In this document: positions 1 to 8,216 of the stretch, piece by piece
Layout: the number at the start of each line of letters is the position of its first letter
Position numbering within the stretch: position 1 is the first letter of the stretch
Assembly: GCA_040081625.1 (NCBI GenBank)
Contig: JBEBGD010000128.1
Location: forward strand, 1 to 13,911
Origin: Chthoniobacteraceae bacterium
Lineage (GTDB): Bacteria > Verrucomicrobiota > Verrucomicrobiia > Chthoniobacterales > Chthoniobacteraceae
Length of the DNA: 13,911 nucleotides
Direction: 5' to 3'
Position numbers and translations under genes: made by a program
The notes under the pieces: model-generated
Told to the model about the DNA's origin: nothing
Seen by the model: the letters and a program-made list of their open reading frames with translations, nothing else
Database searches by the model: none

Positions 1-578
1 GGACGGCGAATCTGTTTCACAATCTCGGCAACGCGAATGAGCGCGTGGGCGCGGCGGGGCTCGCGATGTTGAATTATGAGCGCGCGCTGGTGTTGCAGCC
101 GAGCCACATCGAGGCGCGGGCGAATCTCAAGTTCCTGCGGGAGCAATCGCTCGCGAAGATGGCGGCGCTGACGTGGCGCGATCACGTGTTCGGAGTTCTC
201 AATCTCGATGGCTGGGTGGCGATGACGTCGGTGATGGCGTGGCTCGCGGTTTTCATCATCGTCGTGCCGCTCGCGCGCCGGCGCCGGCTCAGCGCGGGTG
301 GCGTGGGCGGGTTGGTGCTCGCGCTGTGCGCGGCGGGATTCGCGACGTTTGCGGCCTGGCAGGCGGCGGGGGAACTCAATGCGGGGATCATCATCGCGAA
401 GCAGGCCGAGGCGCGTCTAGCGCCGGCGGATCGCGCGGCGCTTGCGGATGTGTTGCCGGCGGGAAGCCGCGTGCGGGTGCTCAGCGTTCGGGGTGAGTGG
501 ACGTTTTGCGAATTGCCGGGCGGTGGCCGCGGGTGGGTGCCATCGTCCGCAGTCGAGCGCGTGAGGCTTTCCTCGTGA
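1..578 (+). CDS. BatE-like TPR + transmembrane + SH3b-domain protein (5' truncated by window)
   Basis: The frame of ORF 45..578 is open back to position 3 (TANLFHNLGNANERVGAAGLAMLNYERALVLQPSHIEARANLKF), a typical TPR pair. Two hydrophobic helices follow, then a C-terminal SH3b-like segment (LPAGSRVRVLSVRGEWTFCELPGGGRGWVP). This is the architecture of BatE-family proteins. Confidence 0.8.
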   Translation, partial: TANLFHNLGNANERVGAAGLAMLNYERALVLQPSHIEARANLKFLREQSLAKMAALTWRDHVFGVLNLDGWVAMTSVMAWLAVFIIVVPLARRRRLSAGGVGGLVLALCAAGFATFAAWQAAGELNAGIIIAKQAEARLAPADRAALADVLPAGSRVRVLSVRGEWTFCELPGGGRGWVPSSAVERVRLSS

Positions 579-1369
579 GGTGCGCCGCGCTGGTTTTGCT
601 CGCGGCGTTTTCCGCGAATGCGGGCGAGCCGGATTGGCCGGCGAAGCTCACGCCGAAAGCACCGGGAAATTTCGCGCCGCTGCGTCCGTTCAAAGCGAAC
701 TACAGCTTCGGATGGATGGCGGTCACGGCGGGACGCGTCGAGGTGGAGTTCACGCGGACGGGCGAGACTTCGCAGCTCAAGGTGCAGGGCGGTTCGGCAG
801 GCGCGGCTCGCGCGTTGTGGCGGATGGATGCTGAGGCGGTCTCGACGGTGCTCAACGCGACGCTGCTGCCGACGAAGCTCGTGCAGGTCGAGCGCTACTC
901 GGACGAGAAGCGGACGACGACGGTGATCTTCGGACCCGAGGGCGTGGAGCGGACGCGCGTGCGCGAGCCGAAGGACAAGGACTCAGGAAAGACGAAGCGG
1001 TTCAAGTTCGCACCGGTGCATGACCTGCACAGCGCGCTGCTTTTCATCCGCAGCCAGAACCTGCGCAAAGGCGACATCGTGCGGCTCGCGACTTATCCGG
1101 AGTCGGATGGCTATCTCGCGGAGATCGAAGTGGTCGGTCGCGAAAAGATCAGCGTGGCGGGGAAGCAATGGCCGGCGATCAAGCTGGCGCTGCGGTTGAA
1201 GCGGATTTCCAAGCGGCTCGAACTCGAGTCGCACAAGAAATTCAAGAGCGCGTCGGCGTGGCTTTCGGATGATGCCGATCGGCTGCTGCTGAAGATCGAC
1301 GCCGACGTGATGGTCGGGAAGGTGTGGATGGATTTGCAGCAGATCGATTTCACCACGCCGCAGCGATGA
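575..1369 (+). CDS. DUF3108-like secreted/periplasmic protein
   Basis: GTG at 575 overlaps the upstream TGA (GTGA) and gives a signal peptide (MRCAALVLLAAFSANA). The pattern YSFGW..AG, HDLHSALLFIRSQ, EKISVAGKQWPAIKL and WLSDDADRLLLKIDADVMVGKV resembles DUF3108. The ORF-track start at 497 is unlikely. Confidence 0.75.
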   Translation: MRCAALVLLAAFSANAGEPDWPAKLTPKAPGNFAPLRPFKANYSFGWMAVTAGRVEVEFTRTGETSQLKVQGGSAGAARALWRMDAEAVSTVLNATLLPTKLVQVERYSDEKRTTTVIFGPEGVERTRVREPKDKDSGKTKRFKFAPVHDLHSALLFIRSQNLRKGDIVRLATYPESDGYLAEIEVVGREKISVAGKQWPAIKLALRLKRISKRLELESHKKFKSASAWLSDDADRLLLKIDADVMVGKVWMDLQQIDFTTPQR

Positions 1370-1385
1370 CCAGCCGGCCAGAAAC

Positions 1386-1421
1386 GAAAAGAGCACGCGG
1401 TTATTCCCGCGTGCTCTTTTC
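1386..1421. terminator. Bidirectional intrinsic terminator
   Basis: Perfect 15-bp inverted repeat GAAAAGAGCACGCGG (1386-1400) / CCGCGTGCTCTTTTC (1407-1421) with a 6-nt loop TTATTC. It has an A-tract and a T-tract on its flanks and lies between two convergent genes. Confidence 0.88.
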
Positions 1422-1441
1422 CAAAAGCGCTGCGCTGCGCG

Positions 1442-2779
1442 TTACTCGCTGACGGGCGGGGGAAGCCGCGGCGGGATCGGCGGCGGGAAGCCGAGGGCTG
1501 GCGGGAGATACGGGGGCTTGCGATTGAAGCCCTGGCCGATCGGCGGGAGCAGTTCCTTCACGGGTGCGAGCGACTTGCCGTCCTTGCCGTCGGCGAGGCT
1601 CTTGCCGTCGCTGTCGCGGGCGAGTTCGGCGATGGCTTCGGGCGTGAGCTGGAGGCCGTATTCGCCGAGCGAGAATCCGCTGAAGGCGTTGAACTCGCGG
1701 AGCGTCAGGGCGTCGGAGCCGTTGTCCGGCGTCCAGCGCACGAGCAGCGCGGCGCCGTCGCCACCGGCGAGATCCTGGCTGAGACGGCCATTCGAGCCGT
1801 CGAATGCGAACGTCGCGACGGGCGTCTGGCCGGCGAGTGAGATCGGCTGGGTGATGGGCGCGTTGCTAACGTTGCGGACGGGCTGCACGCCGTCGGCTGG
1901 CGCGGTGGCGGCGACGTCGCCTTGCGCTGGCAAGTCCGCGGCGAGGAAGACCTCGAGCTTGCCTTTCGCGCCGCTGTTCGCCAGCACGGCGATGCGCGTC
2001 ATGGTTTGTTTGTCGGCGAGTTTGAGCACGAGGCCCGCTTCGTCCTTGGTCGGCACGATGCTCACGCTGCTCTCGGGATTTTCGTCGATGAGCTTCTGCC
2101 ATGCGGTGTAGCTGCTGCCGCCCGTGGCGAAGGCGACGCGGCCACCCGCATAGAGCGCGGCGCGGCTGAACGCGGTCTGCTCATTGACGAACGAACCGAA
2201 GAGCGCCTTCACATCGATGGGCTGGTCGCGCTTGATGAGTTGATACGCGACTGCGGGCCGCTCGCCGAAGAGGTAGAGGCTGTAGATCGGGCCGGGCTCG
2301 GCGATGTTCGTCTCGATGAGGATGTATTTTCCGAGGCGGCTGAATGGGCGCGCGAGTTTCTTCTCGTTGACGGAATCGAACGGCACGTCGCGCACGAGCG
2401 GCACCCACGATTTCGCGTCGGGCGCGCCGGGTTCGTCGCCGGCGAAGATGGTGATGGTGCCCTGCGCGGCGCGTGCGGAGAGACAGAAGTTGGTGATGAC
2501 GTCCGGCTCAGGCAGGGCGAGCAGATAGTGCTGTTTGCCGGCCATCGCGGCCCAGCCGGTGGTGATGTCATCATCGAGCCACGCCGCGGACGCTTCGGTC
2601 GGCCGATAGCTGGTCGATGCGGTATCGAAGATGAACAAGTTCGCGCCGACGTGATGGCGGGCGAGGTTCTTCGGATAGACCTGGAGTTGTTTTGCGCCGG
2701 GATCGGATTCGATCGGTGCCGCGAAGGCTGCGAGTGCTGGCGCGAGCAGCATGATCGACGCGAGTGATGGACGTATCAT
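1442..2779 (-). CDS. Secreted hypothetical protein (445 aa) with two probable discoidin/galactose-binding-like domains and a Pro-rich C-terminus
   Basis: ATG at 2779 gives a signal peptide MIRPSLASIMLLAPALAAFAA. Two segments resemble the F5/8-type-C pattern (ASAAWLDDDITTGW...YLLALPEPDVITNFCL and AWQKLIDENPESS...LVLKLADKQTMTRIAV). Codon use is typical of a real gene. The domain call is by eye. Confidence 0.7.
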   Translation of the reverse strand: MIRPSLASIMLLAPALAAFAAPIESDPGAKQLQVYPKNLARHHVGANLFIFDTASTSYRPTEASAAWLDDDITTGWAAMAGKQHYLLALPEPDVITNFCLSARAAQGTITIFAGDEPGAPDAKSWVPLVRDVPFDSVNEKKLARPFSRLGKYILIETNIAEPGPIYSLYLFGERPAVAYQLIKRDQPIDVKALFGSFVNEQTAFSRAALYAGGRVAFATGGSSYTAWQKLIDENPESSVSIVPTKDEAGLVLKLADKQTMTRIAVLANSGAKGKLEVFLAADLPAQGDVAATAPADGVQPVRNVSNAPITQPISLAGQTPVATFAFDGSNGRLSQDLAGGDGAALLVRWTPDNGSDALTLREFNAFSGFSLGEYGLQLTPEAIAELARDSDGKSLADGKDGKSLAPVKELLPPIGQGFNRKPPYLPPALGFPPPIPPRLPPPVSE

Positions 2780-3047
2780 ATGGATCGGTGAGGTAGCGGT
2801 GTTGATGGCTGACTGGAAAGCGAAAAGTTTCGGGCAGGCCGCATTTATGGAAACTCGCGGGAAGTATGGAACGAACGGTTTGACGCGCAAGGCTATATTT
2901 TCGCCACGCTCAGTGCCATTTCAGTCCGTCAGTAGATTTTTAGGTTGGCACTACCCTGAGCCGTAGATAATGCAGACCCGCCCGCGGTCTTGCACCCGGA
3001 CGCCCGGGAACGGGCGCCGGAGGACTGGGGACATTATACCCGCATCG

Positions 3048-5978
3048 ATGCCTGCCGACACCATTGCTCAATCCATGGATTTTTTCACCAAGCTCCAGCC
3101 GGGCCTGAAACTCGCGGGCTGTTATCTGCTCCAAAAACATGTCGAGGGCACGGCGTGCCCGCTGTGGCTCGCGCACGACGAAGTGCTCGGGAAAGACATT
3201 TCGCTGCTGTTTCTGCCGCCGGGTATTCTGGCGCGCAGCGGCATTGCGGAGCGGTTGAGGCAGGAGGTCAAGCGCGCCCGGCAGATCGTTCATCCGCGGG
3301 TCCTGCGTGTTCACGATTTGATCGAGGAGGAGGAGTGGTCGGCGATCGCGATGGACACGTTTCGGAGCCGCCCGCTGTCGGCGGTGATCGCGGGAAATGC
3401 GCGCGGATGTTTTGATGTCGCGGACGTGTGGCCGCTGGCGCGGGACTTGTGCGCCGCGCTTGACGATGCGCACCACGTTCGCGCGGTGCATGGCGGACTT
3501 TCGCCGGACGATGTGCTCGTCGGCGAGGGCGAGGCGAAGCTGATGAATTTCGGGGTGAGCGCGTGTTTGCGGGATGCGGCGGAGGACTCGGCGAGGACAG
3601 CGTTTGCGAGCGCTCAACAACTCGGCGGGACCGCAGCCACGGGCGCGGATGACGTGTTTGCAGTTGGCGCGTTGCTGCACACGCTGCTCGCGGGCGGGCC
3701 GCCATTTTCCGGCAAGGATCGGAATTCCGCGCCGTCGATCGCAGCGCATCGGCAGAAGCTCAATCGTCGCGGCGGCGATCTGCCGCAGGCTTGGGAGCGA
3801 GTGATCGCGAGTTGCCTTTCGCAGGATCCCGCGGCGCGTCCTGCTTCGTGTGCGGACATCGCGAAGCAACTCGACCCCGGCGCGCCCGCAGCCGCGAGCG
3901 CGGAACCTGAGCGTGTGGAAGCGCCGGTCGTCGCGCCGAAGGTCGTCGCGGAGCAAGCGCCGGAAGCTCCGGCGAAACCCGTCGTTGAGAAATCCGTGGA
4001 GCCCGCGGTGGAGCAACCAGTGGAGACTTCCTCGAAGCCGGTCGTGGAGCATCCCGTGGAAGCTCCCGCTTCACCGGTCGCCGAACAAGCCGCCGCGATT
4101 CCTGTGAAGGTCGAGGAGCCGGTGCTCGAAGTTCTGCCGCCTGTCAGGAAGGAATCGCCCGCCGCAACCCCCGAGCACGAGCCGCCGGGCCGGCGCGTGG
4201 AGCGCCGGGTGAAAATGTCGGGAGCGTCCGACGCCGCGCCAGCCGAGCGAATCGATCCCGATGAACTCGCGGCCAAAGTGCGCGCGGAGGAGGCGCGTGA
4301 ACAGGGTCGCGGGCGCGGCGGATTCCTCGAGGAAGAAATCTATGTGGGGAAGCCGCCTGGAAGCGGGCCGTCCGTCGTGTCGGTGCTCAGCATTCTCGCG
4401 GTGACCGGCCTTGTGGGCTTCATTCTCTACCGCCTTTTCGTTAGCGATTCAGCTACGAGCGTTTCGACGGAACCGTCGCCGTTCATCGAGCCCGCCACGC
4501 CTGCCGCTCTCGCGACACCGGCGAAGAAGATGAGCCTCGCGACACCGACCCCTGCTTCGCCAAGGCCGAGTCCCGTCGCGCTCGTTACTCCAAAACCGGT
4601 GACGCCGATGGTCGAGCCGCCGAAGGTTGACGATACGGCGATCAAGATCGCCGCAGCAGCGGAGCAGCAAAAGAAACTCGAGACAGCAATCGTCGGCATC
4701 AAGCAGACGATCGAAAAGACGGGCAAGGATTTGCCGGCGGCGAAGAAAGCGATCGATGAGCTCGGCGCGCAGCAAACGAAACTCGCCGATGACGTGAAGA
4801 AGGCCGAACTCGCCGCGCAGCAAGCCGAGAAGGTTGCGGCCGATACGAAGAAGCTCGCCGACGACACACGCAAGGCGGCCACTGCTGCCGCGGAACAACT
4901 CGCGGCGAAGAAGGCGGAAGTCACCCGGAGCGATGATCAACTCGCGATGCTGGCGAAGGATTTGAGTGACACGGAGCGCGCCCTTGCCGACGCGAAGAAG
5001 GCCGCGGAAGACGCAGCAAAAAAGGCGATGGCCGCTGTCACTCCAACTCCCGCGCCGCTCGCGACGCCGAAACCCGGAACGGCTGCGACCCCCGACGACC
5101 CGCGCGCGGCATTCGAGCAGAAGATGAAGGAGTTGACCAAAGTGCTCGGTGCCTCGGCGACGAAAGTCCCGGTCACTCCGCCGCCCGTGGAGATGGCGAA
5201 GGCGACGACGCCAAAGCCCGGCGCCGCCACGCCTGCACCGGACGCGACGAAGACTTCCGCAGCGACTGGCTTCACGAACAGCCTTGGCGTCGGCTTCGTG
5301 CCTGTGGCCGGCACGGAAGTGATCATGGCGATCTGGCCCACGCGTGTGCGCGACTTTGAGGGCTTCGCCAAGACCACCGGCCTGAAATCGTCGCTGTGGA
5401 AAGATCCGGGCTTCAAGCAGACGCCGGAGCATCCGGTCGTGAATGTGACGTGGCAGGAAGCGCTGGCGTTTTGCAAATGGCTTACGATCAAAGAACAGAA
5501 AGAGGGACTGATCTCCGCCAAGCAATCCTACCGCCTGCCGACCGACCTCGAATGGAGCCGCGCTGCCGGCCTCGGAACGGAAAACGGCGCGACACCCGAG
5601 GCCCGCGACATGGGCGTGCCGGACATGTATCCGTGGGGCAAGACGTGGCCGCCGCCGTCGGGATCGGGCAATTACACCGGCGAGGAAACCGGCTCGGACG
5701 TGGCGATCAAGGGTTACAACGACGGCTTCATGTGGACTTCGCCCGTCGGTAGTTTTCCGGCGAGCAAGCTCGGGCTTTTCGACATGGGCGGGAACGTGTG
5801 GCAATGGTGCATGGATTCGTGGAATACCGAGTCCAAGGCCAAGGTGCTCCGCGGAGCGTCGTGGTATAATGGCGCGCTCAAGCTCAGCCTGCTGAGTTCC
5901 TGCCGCGTTCACGCCGCGCCCGACAGCAGCACCGACAACTACGGATTCCGCGTCGTGTTGACGTTGCCGGAGAAATGA
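3048..5978 (+). CDS. Ser/Thr pseudokinase - TM - coiled coil - FGE-sulfatase (SUMF1/CLec-fold) domain protein
   Basis: The start is uncertain (ATG 2970, 3048 or 3075). The N-terminal Hanks-type kinase fold is recognisable (LWLAHDEVLGKD, EVKRARQIVHPRVLRVHDL, DDVFAVGALLHTLLAGGPPF, IASCLSQDPAARP). A TM helix lies at about 4374-4442 and a Lys/Ala/Glu/Asp heptad region follows. The FGE-like domain spans 5271-5975 (FTNSLG, HPVVNVTWQEALAFCKWL, YRLPTDLEW, YPWG, GLFDMGGNVWQWC, LRGASW, YGFRVVL). Confidence 0.88.
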   Translation: MPADTIAQSMDFFTKLQPGLKLAGCYLLQKHVEGTACPLWLAHDEVLGKDISLLFLPPGILARSGIAERLRQEVKRARQIVHPRVLRVHDLIEEEEWSAIAMDTFRSRPLSAVIAGNARGCFDVADVWPLARDLCAALDDAHHVRAVHGGLSPDDVLVGEGEAKLMNFGVSACLRDAAEDSARTAFASAQQLGGTAATGADDVFAVGALLHTLLAGGPPFSGKDRNSAPSIAAHRQKLNRRGGDLPQAWERVIASCLSQDPAARPASCADIAKQLDPGAPAAASAEPERVEAPVVAPKVVAEQAPEAPAKPVVEKSVEPAVEQPVETSSKPVVEHPVEAPASPVAEQAAAIPVKVEEPVLEVLPPVRKESPAATPEHEPPGRRVERRVKMSGASDAAPAERIDPDELAAKVRAEEAREQGRGRGGFLEEEIYVGKPPGSGPSVVSVLSILAVTGLVGFILYRLFVSDSATSVSTEPSPFIEPATPAALATPAKKMSLATPTPASPRPSPVALVTPKPVTPMVEPPKVDDTAIKIAAAAEQQKKLETAIVGIKQTIEKTGKDLPAAKKAIDELGAQQTKLADDVKKAELAAQQAEKVAADTKKLADDTRKAATAAAEQLAAKKAEVTRSDDQLAMLAKDLSDTERALADAKKAAEDAAKKAMAAVTPTPAPLATPKPGTAATPDDPRAAFEQKMKELTKVLGASATKVPVTPPPVEMAKATTPKPGAATPAPDATKTSAATGFTNSLGVGFVPVAGTEVIMAIWPTRVRDFEGFAKTTGLKSSLWKDPGFKQTPEHPVVNVTWQEALAFCKWLTIKEQKEGLISAKQSYRLPTDLEWSRAAGLGTENGATPEARDMGVPDMYPWGKTWPPPSGSGNYTGEETGSDVAIKGYNDGFMWTSPVGSFPASKLGLFDMGGNVWQWCMDSWNTESKAKVLRGASWYNGALKLSLLSSCRVHAAPDSSTDNYGFRVVLTLPEK

Positions 5979-6091
5979 TTCGAGCAACAGACGAAGACGG
6001 AATGGAACCGACAGAATCCACAATAATCCGCTTGCAAGAGCGCGTCGCTCCCCGCCTAAATGGCACCGTCTTTTCGCAACCAGGACAAACT

Positions 6092-7483
6092 ATGAACAAG
6101 AACCGTAAATTGGAGGCGCTCGCGCTGGTATTGTTGCTCGCGTCATGCGCGTTGCCGGCCTCGGCGCAGGACTTCTTCCGGGAGTTGGGCACGTCCCGCT
6201 CGTCCGGCGGCATCGGTCCGATCGTTCCTTCCGAATACGGCTACCGCGAGGCCAACCCGACCGGGCTCAACCCGGTCACGCAGACGCCGCAAGCCGGCGA
6301 AGAGGACCAATACAACATGGCCGTCGGTCCGGTGCGCATGTCCGTCGCGGTCGGCGTCGGCATGGAATGGAACGACAACATCGCGTTGTCGGACAACAAC
6401 CGGGAGTCCGACTTCATCTTCCGGCCGCTGATCAATGTCGATTTCCTCTGGCCCATCAGCGAGTTGAACACGCTGCGGTTCAACGTCGGCGCGAGTTGGG
6501 CAAAATATCTCGAGCACAGCGAATACGACTCCGGCGGGTTGATCCTTTCGCCGAACTCGGAGATCGCGCTCACCCTGCAAGTGGGCGCCATTCAGGTCAC
6601 CCTGCGTGATCGGTTCAGTTACCAGGAGCAACCTTACGAGATCGCCCCGCTGAGCAACGTGGCGAGATACGAGCGCTACGAAAACCAGGCGGGCATTCAA
6701 TTCGACTGGCCGATCAACGAGCGACTCGACGTGATGTTTGGCTACGATCACTACAACATCTGGAGCAGGAATGACGCGTTCAAGTCTGAGGATCGTTCCG
6801 TCGATACCGTCTTCATCAAGCCTGGCTTCGAGCTTTCGCCGGGCTTGAAGCTCGGCGTGGTCAGCTCGTTTAGCTTCATCAACTTCGACGTCGCTGATCG
6901 CTCCGATGCCACGAACCTCCTCGCGGGGCCGTTTATCGACTGGCAGATCACGCCCTACCTCAATGCGTATCTCGAGGTCGGCTTTCAGGGCCTCAAGTTC
7001 GACGGCACATCGTCATACACCGACGACTTTTTCACTGAGGCCAATGCGGAGCTTTTCCGGGACCTCACCGACGAACAGCGCCGGCTCTTCACCGACTCGT
7101 CGGATTCGGATTCGATCTACTTCAAGTTCCAGCTCACCCATACACCGAACGATGTCTTCGAGCACGGACTGCTCGCCTCGCGCACGTCCGAGATCGGGTT
7201 CGGCTCGAACTTCTACGATCTCTACCACTTCGAATACGGCGCGACCTACAAGGGAATCTACCAGACCGAGATCAGCCCGGTGATTTTCTACGAACACTAC
7301 GAGACCTCCGGCAACTTCTCCGAAACGGCTTATCGCGTCGGCGCTGCCATCGGAATCCGCCATCACCTCACAAATTCCCTGACCGTCGGGCTTGATTATC
7401 GCTTTCTCCTCAAAGACTCCGACGTGGAAAACGCTGATTACTACCAGAATCTCGTCTTCCTGAGCCTCTACTACCGCTTCTGA
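6092..7483 (+). CDS. Outer-membrane beta-barrel protein of polysaccharide-export loci (BBP2/EpsX-like), 463 aa
   Basis: ATG at 6092 is preceded by CAGGAC and gives a signal peptide (MNKNRKLEALALVLLLASCALPASA/QD). The sequence has an EWNDNI motif, alternating amphipathic beta strands, and a C-terminal beta-signal ending in YYRF. It lies directly upstream of OPX and Wzc-like genes. Confidence 0.8.
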   Translation: MNKNRKLEALALVLLLASCALPASAQDFFRELGTSRSSGGIGPIVPSEYGYREANPTGLNPVTQTPQAGEEDQYNMAVGPVRMSVAVGVGMEWNDNIALSDNNRESDFIFRPLINVDFLWPISELNTLRFNVGASWAKYLEHSEYDSGGLILSPNSEIALTLQVGAIQVTLRDRFSYQEQPYEIAPLSNVARYERYENQAGIQFDWPINERLDVMFGYDHYNIWSRNDAFKSEDRSVDTVFIKPGFELSPGLKLGVVSSFSFINFDVADRSDATNLLAGPFIDWQITPYLNAYLEVGFQGLKFDGTSSYTDDFFTEANAELFRDLTDEQRRLFTDSSDSDSIYFKFQLTHTPNDVFEHGLLASRTSEIGFGSNFYDLYHFEYGATYKGIYQTEISPVIFYEHYETSGNFSETAYRVGAAIGIRHHLTNSLTVGLDYRFLLKDSDVENADYYQNLVFLSLYYRF

Positions 7484-7499
7484 CGCCACCTTCACGCCC

Positions 7500-8210
7500 A
7501 TGAAATTGCGACTCCTCCGATTCGCCCTGCTCTTACTCGGAATCGTCGTCGCAGGGCAGGGGTTTGGTCAGGATGTGCGCCGTGCTCAGCCTGCGGGACG
7601 CGGCAACGCGTATCCGGGAGCCGGAGTGCCGGCCACGCCCGCCGGACCTTCCGCGCTCGAGCGCTCCGGCATGAGCGCCGTGCCCGTCGATGTCAACCGG
7701 CGTCTCGCGGTCGGCGACATCATCTCCGTGCAGATCCAGGAGGACCGCGAACTGGCCGTGGCCAAGCGCGTCTCGGCCACGGGCGAACTGGACATGTCGC
7801 CTTTCGGCCGCATCCGAGTCTCCGGAAAATCCACCGCGCAGGTCGAGTCGGAGCTGAAAGCGCTCCTCGAAAAGGATTACTACTACACCGCCACGGTCGT
7901 CGTCTCGCTCGACGTGGTGAATCCGATCGCAGTCCTCAGCAAGATCACCATCTCCGGCGAAGTGCGCGCGCCCGGCCCGATCGAGGTCGCCGCGGGCGAG
8001 AAGCTCACCTTGAGCGAAGCGATCCTGCGCGCCGGAAATTTCACTCCGTGGGCGCAAAAAGATAAGGTGAAGCTCTTCCGCGGCGGCCGCGAAACCCTTC
8101 ACGACGTGCGCACGATCCTCAAGGAGGGCCGCGTTCAGGACGATCCGGTCCTCGAGGACGGCGATCGCATCAACGTGGCCAAGAACTGGTTCAACTTCAA
8201 AGGCGACTAA
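7500..8210 (+). CDS. Short periplasmic OPX polysaccharide export protein (Poly_export + one SLBB domain)
   Basis: RLAVGDIISVQIQED...GELDMSPFGRIRVSGKSTAQVE is the Poly_export signature. ITISGEVRAPG...LTLSEAILRAGNFT...LEDGDRINV is an SLBB domain. The signal peptide has no Cys, and the protein is only 236 aa. Confidence 0.88.
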   Translation: MKLRLLRFALLLLGIVVAGQGFGQDVRRAQPAGRGNAYPGAGVPATPAGPSALERSGMSAVPVDVNRRLAVGDIISVQIQEDRELAVAKRVSATGELDMSPFGRIRVSGKSTAQVESELKALLEKDYYYTATVVVSLDVVNPIAVLSKITISGEVRAPGPIEVAAGEKLTLSEAILRAGNFTPWAQKDKVKLFRGGRETLHDVRTILKEGRVQDDPVLEDGDRINVAKNWFNFKGD

Positions 8211-8216
8211 CCCCGC

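Noticed and set aside
2780..2890. ORF-track N-terminal extension of the minus-strand secreted protein
   Set aside because: AT-richer intergenic-looking sequence; the signal peptide begins at ATG 2779.
2880..2899. TTGACG ... TATATT as a sigma-70 promoter
   Set aside because: The spacer is only 8 nt. Promoters must exist in this divergent region but cannot be placed from sequence alone.
5820..5978. FGE/CLec C-terminus as a diversity-generating retroelement variable region
   Set aside because: No template-repeat copy differing at adenines and no reverse transcriptase gene in the window.
4449..6023. 524-aa minus-strand ORF (similarly 2940..4052, 8859..10112, 11019..12689, 12708..13619 and 1922..2767)
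   Set aside because: Antisense shadows of well-supported genes, expected from high-GC codon bias. The translations are Arg/His/Leu-rich with no motifs.
6061..6077. TGGCAC as a sigma-54 -24 element (also 2946-2961)
   Set aside because: The GG-to-GC spacing is 12 and 11 nt respectively, not the required 10.
5975..6091. ORF-track N-terminal extension of the beta-barrel (ATGA overlap at 5975)
   Set aside because: The signal peptide and SD-like CAGGAC fit ATG 6092. The extension would bury the signal peptide and looks intergenic.
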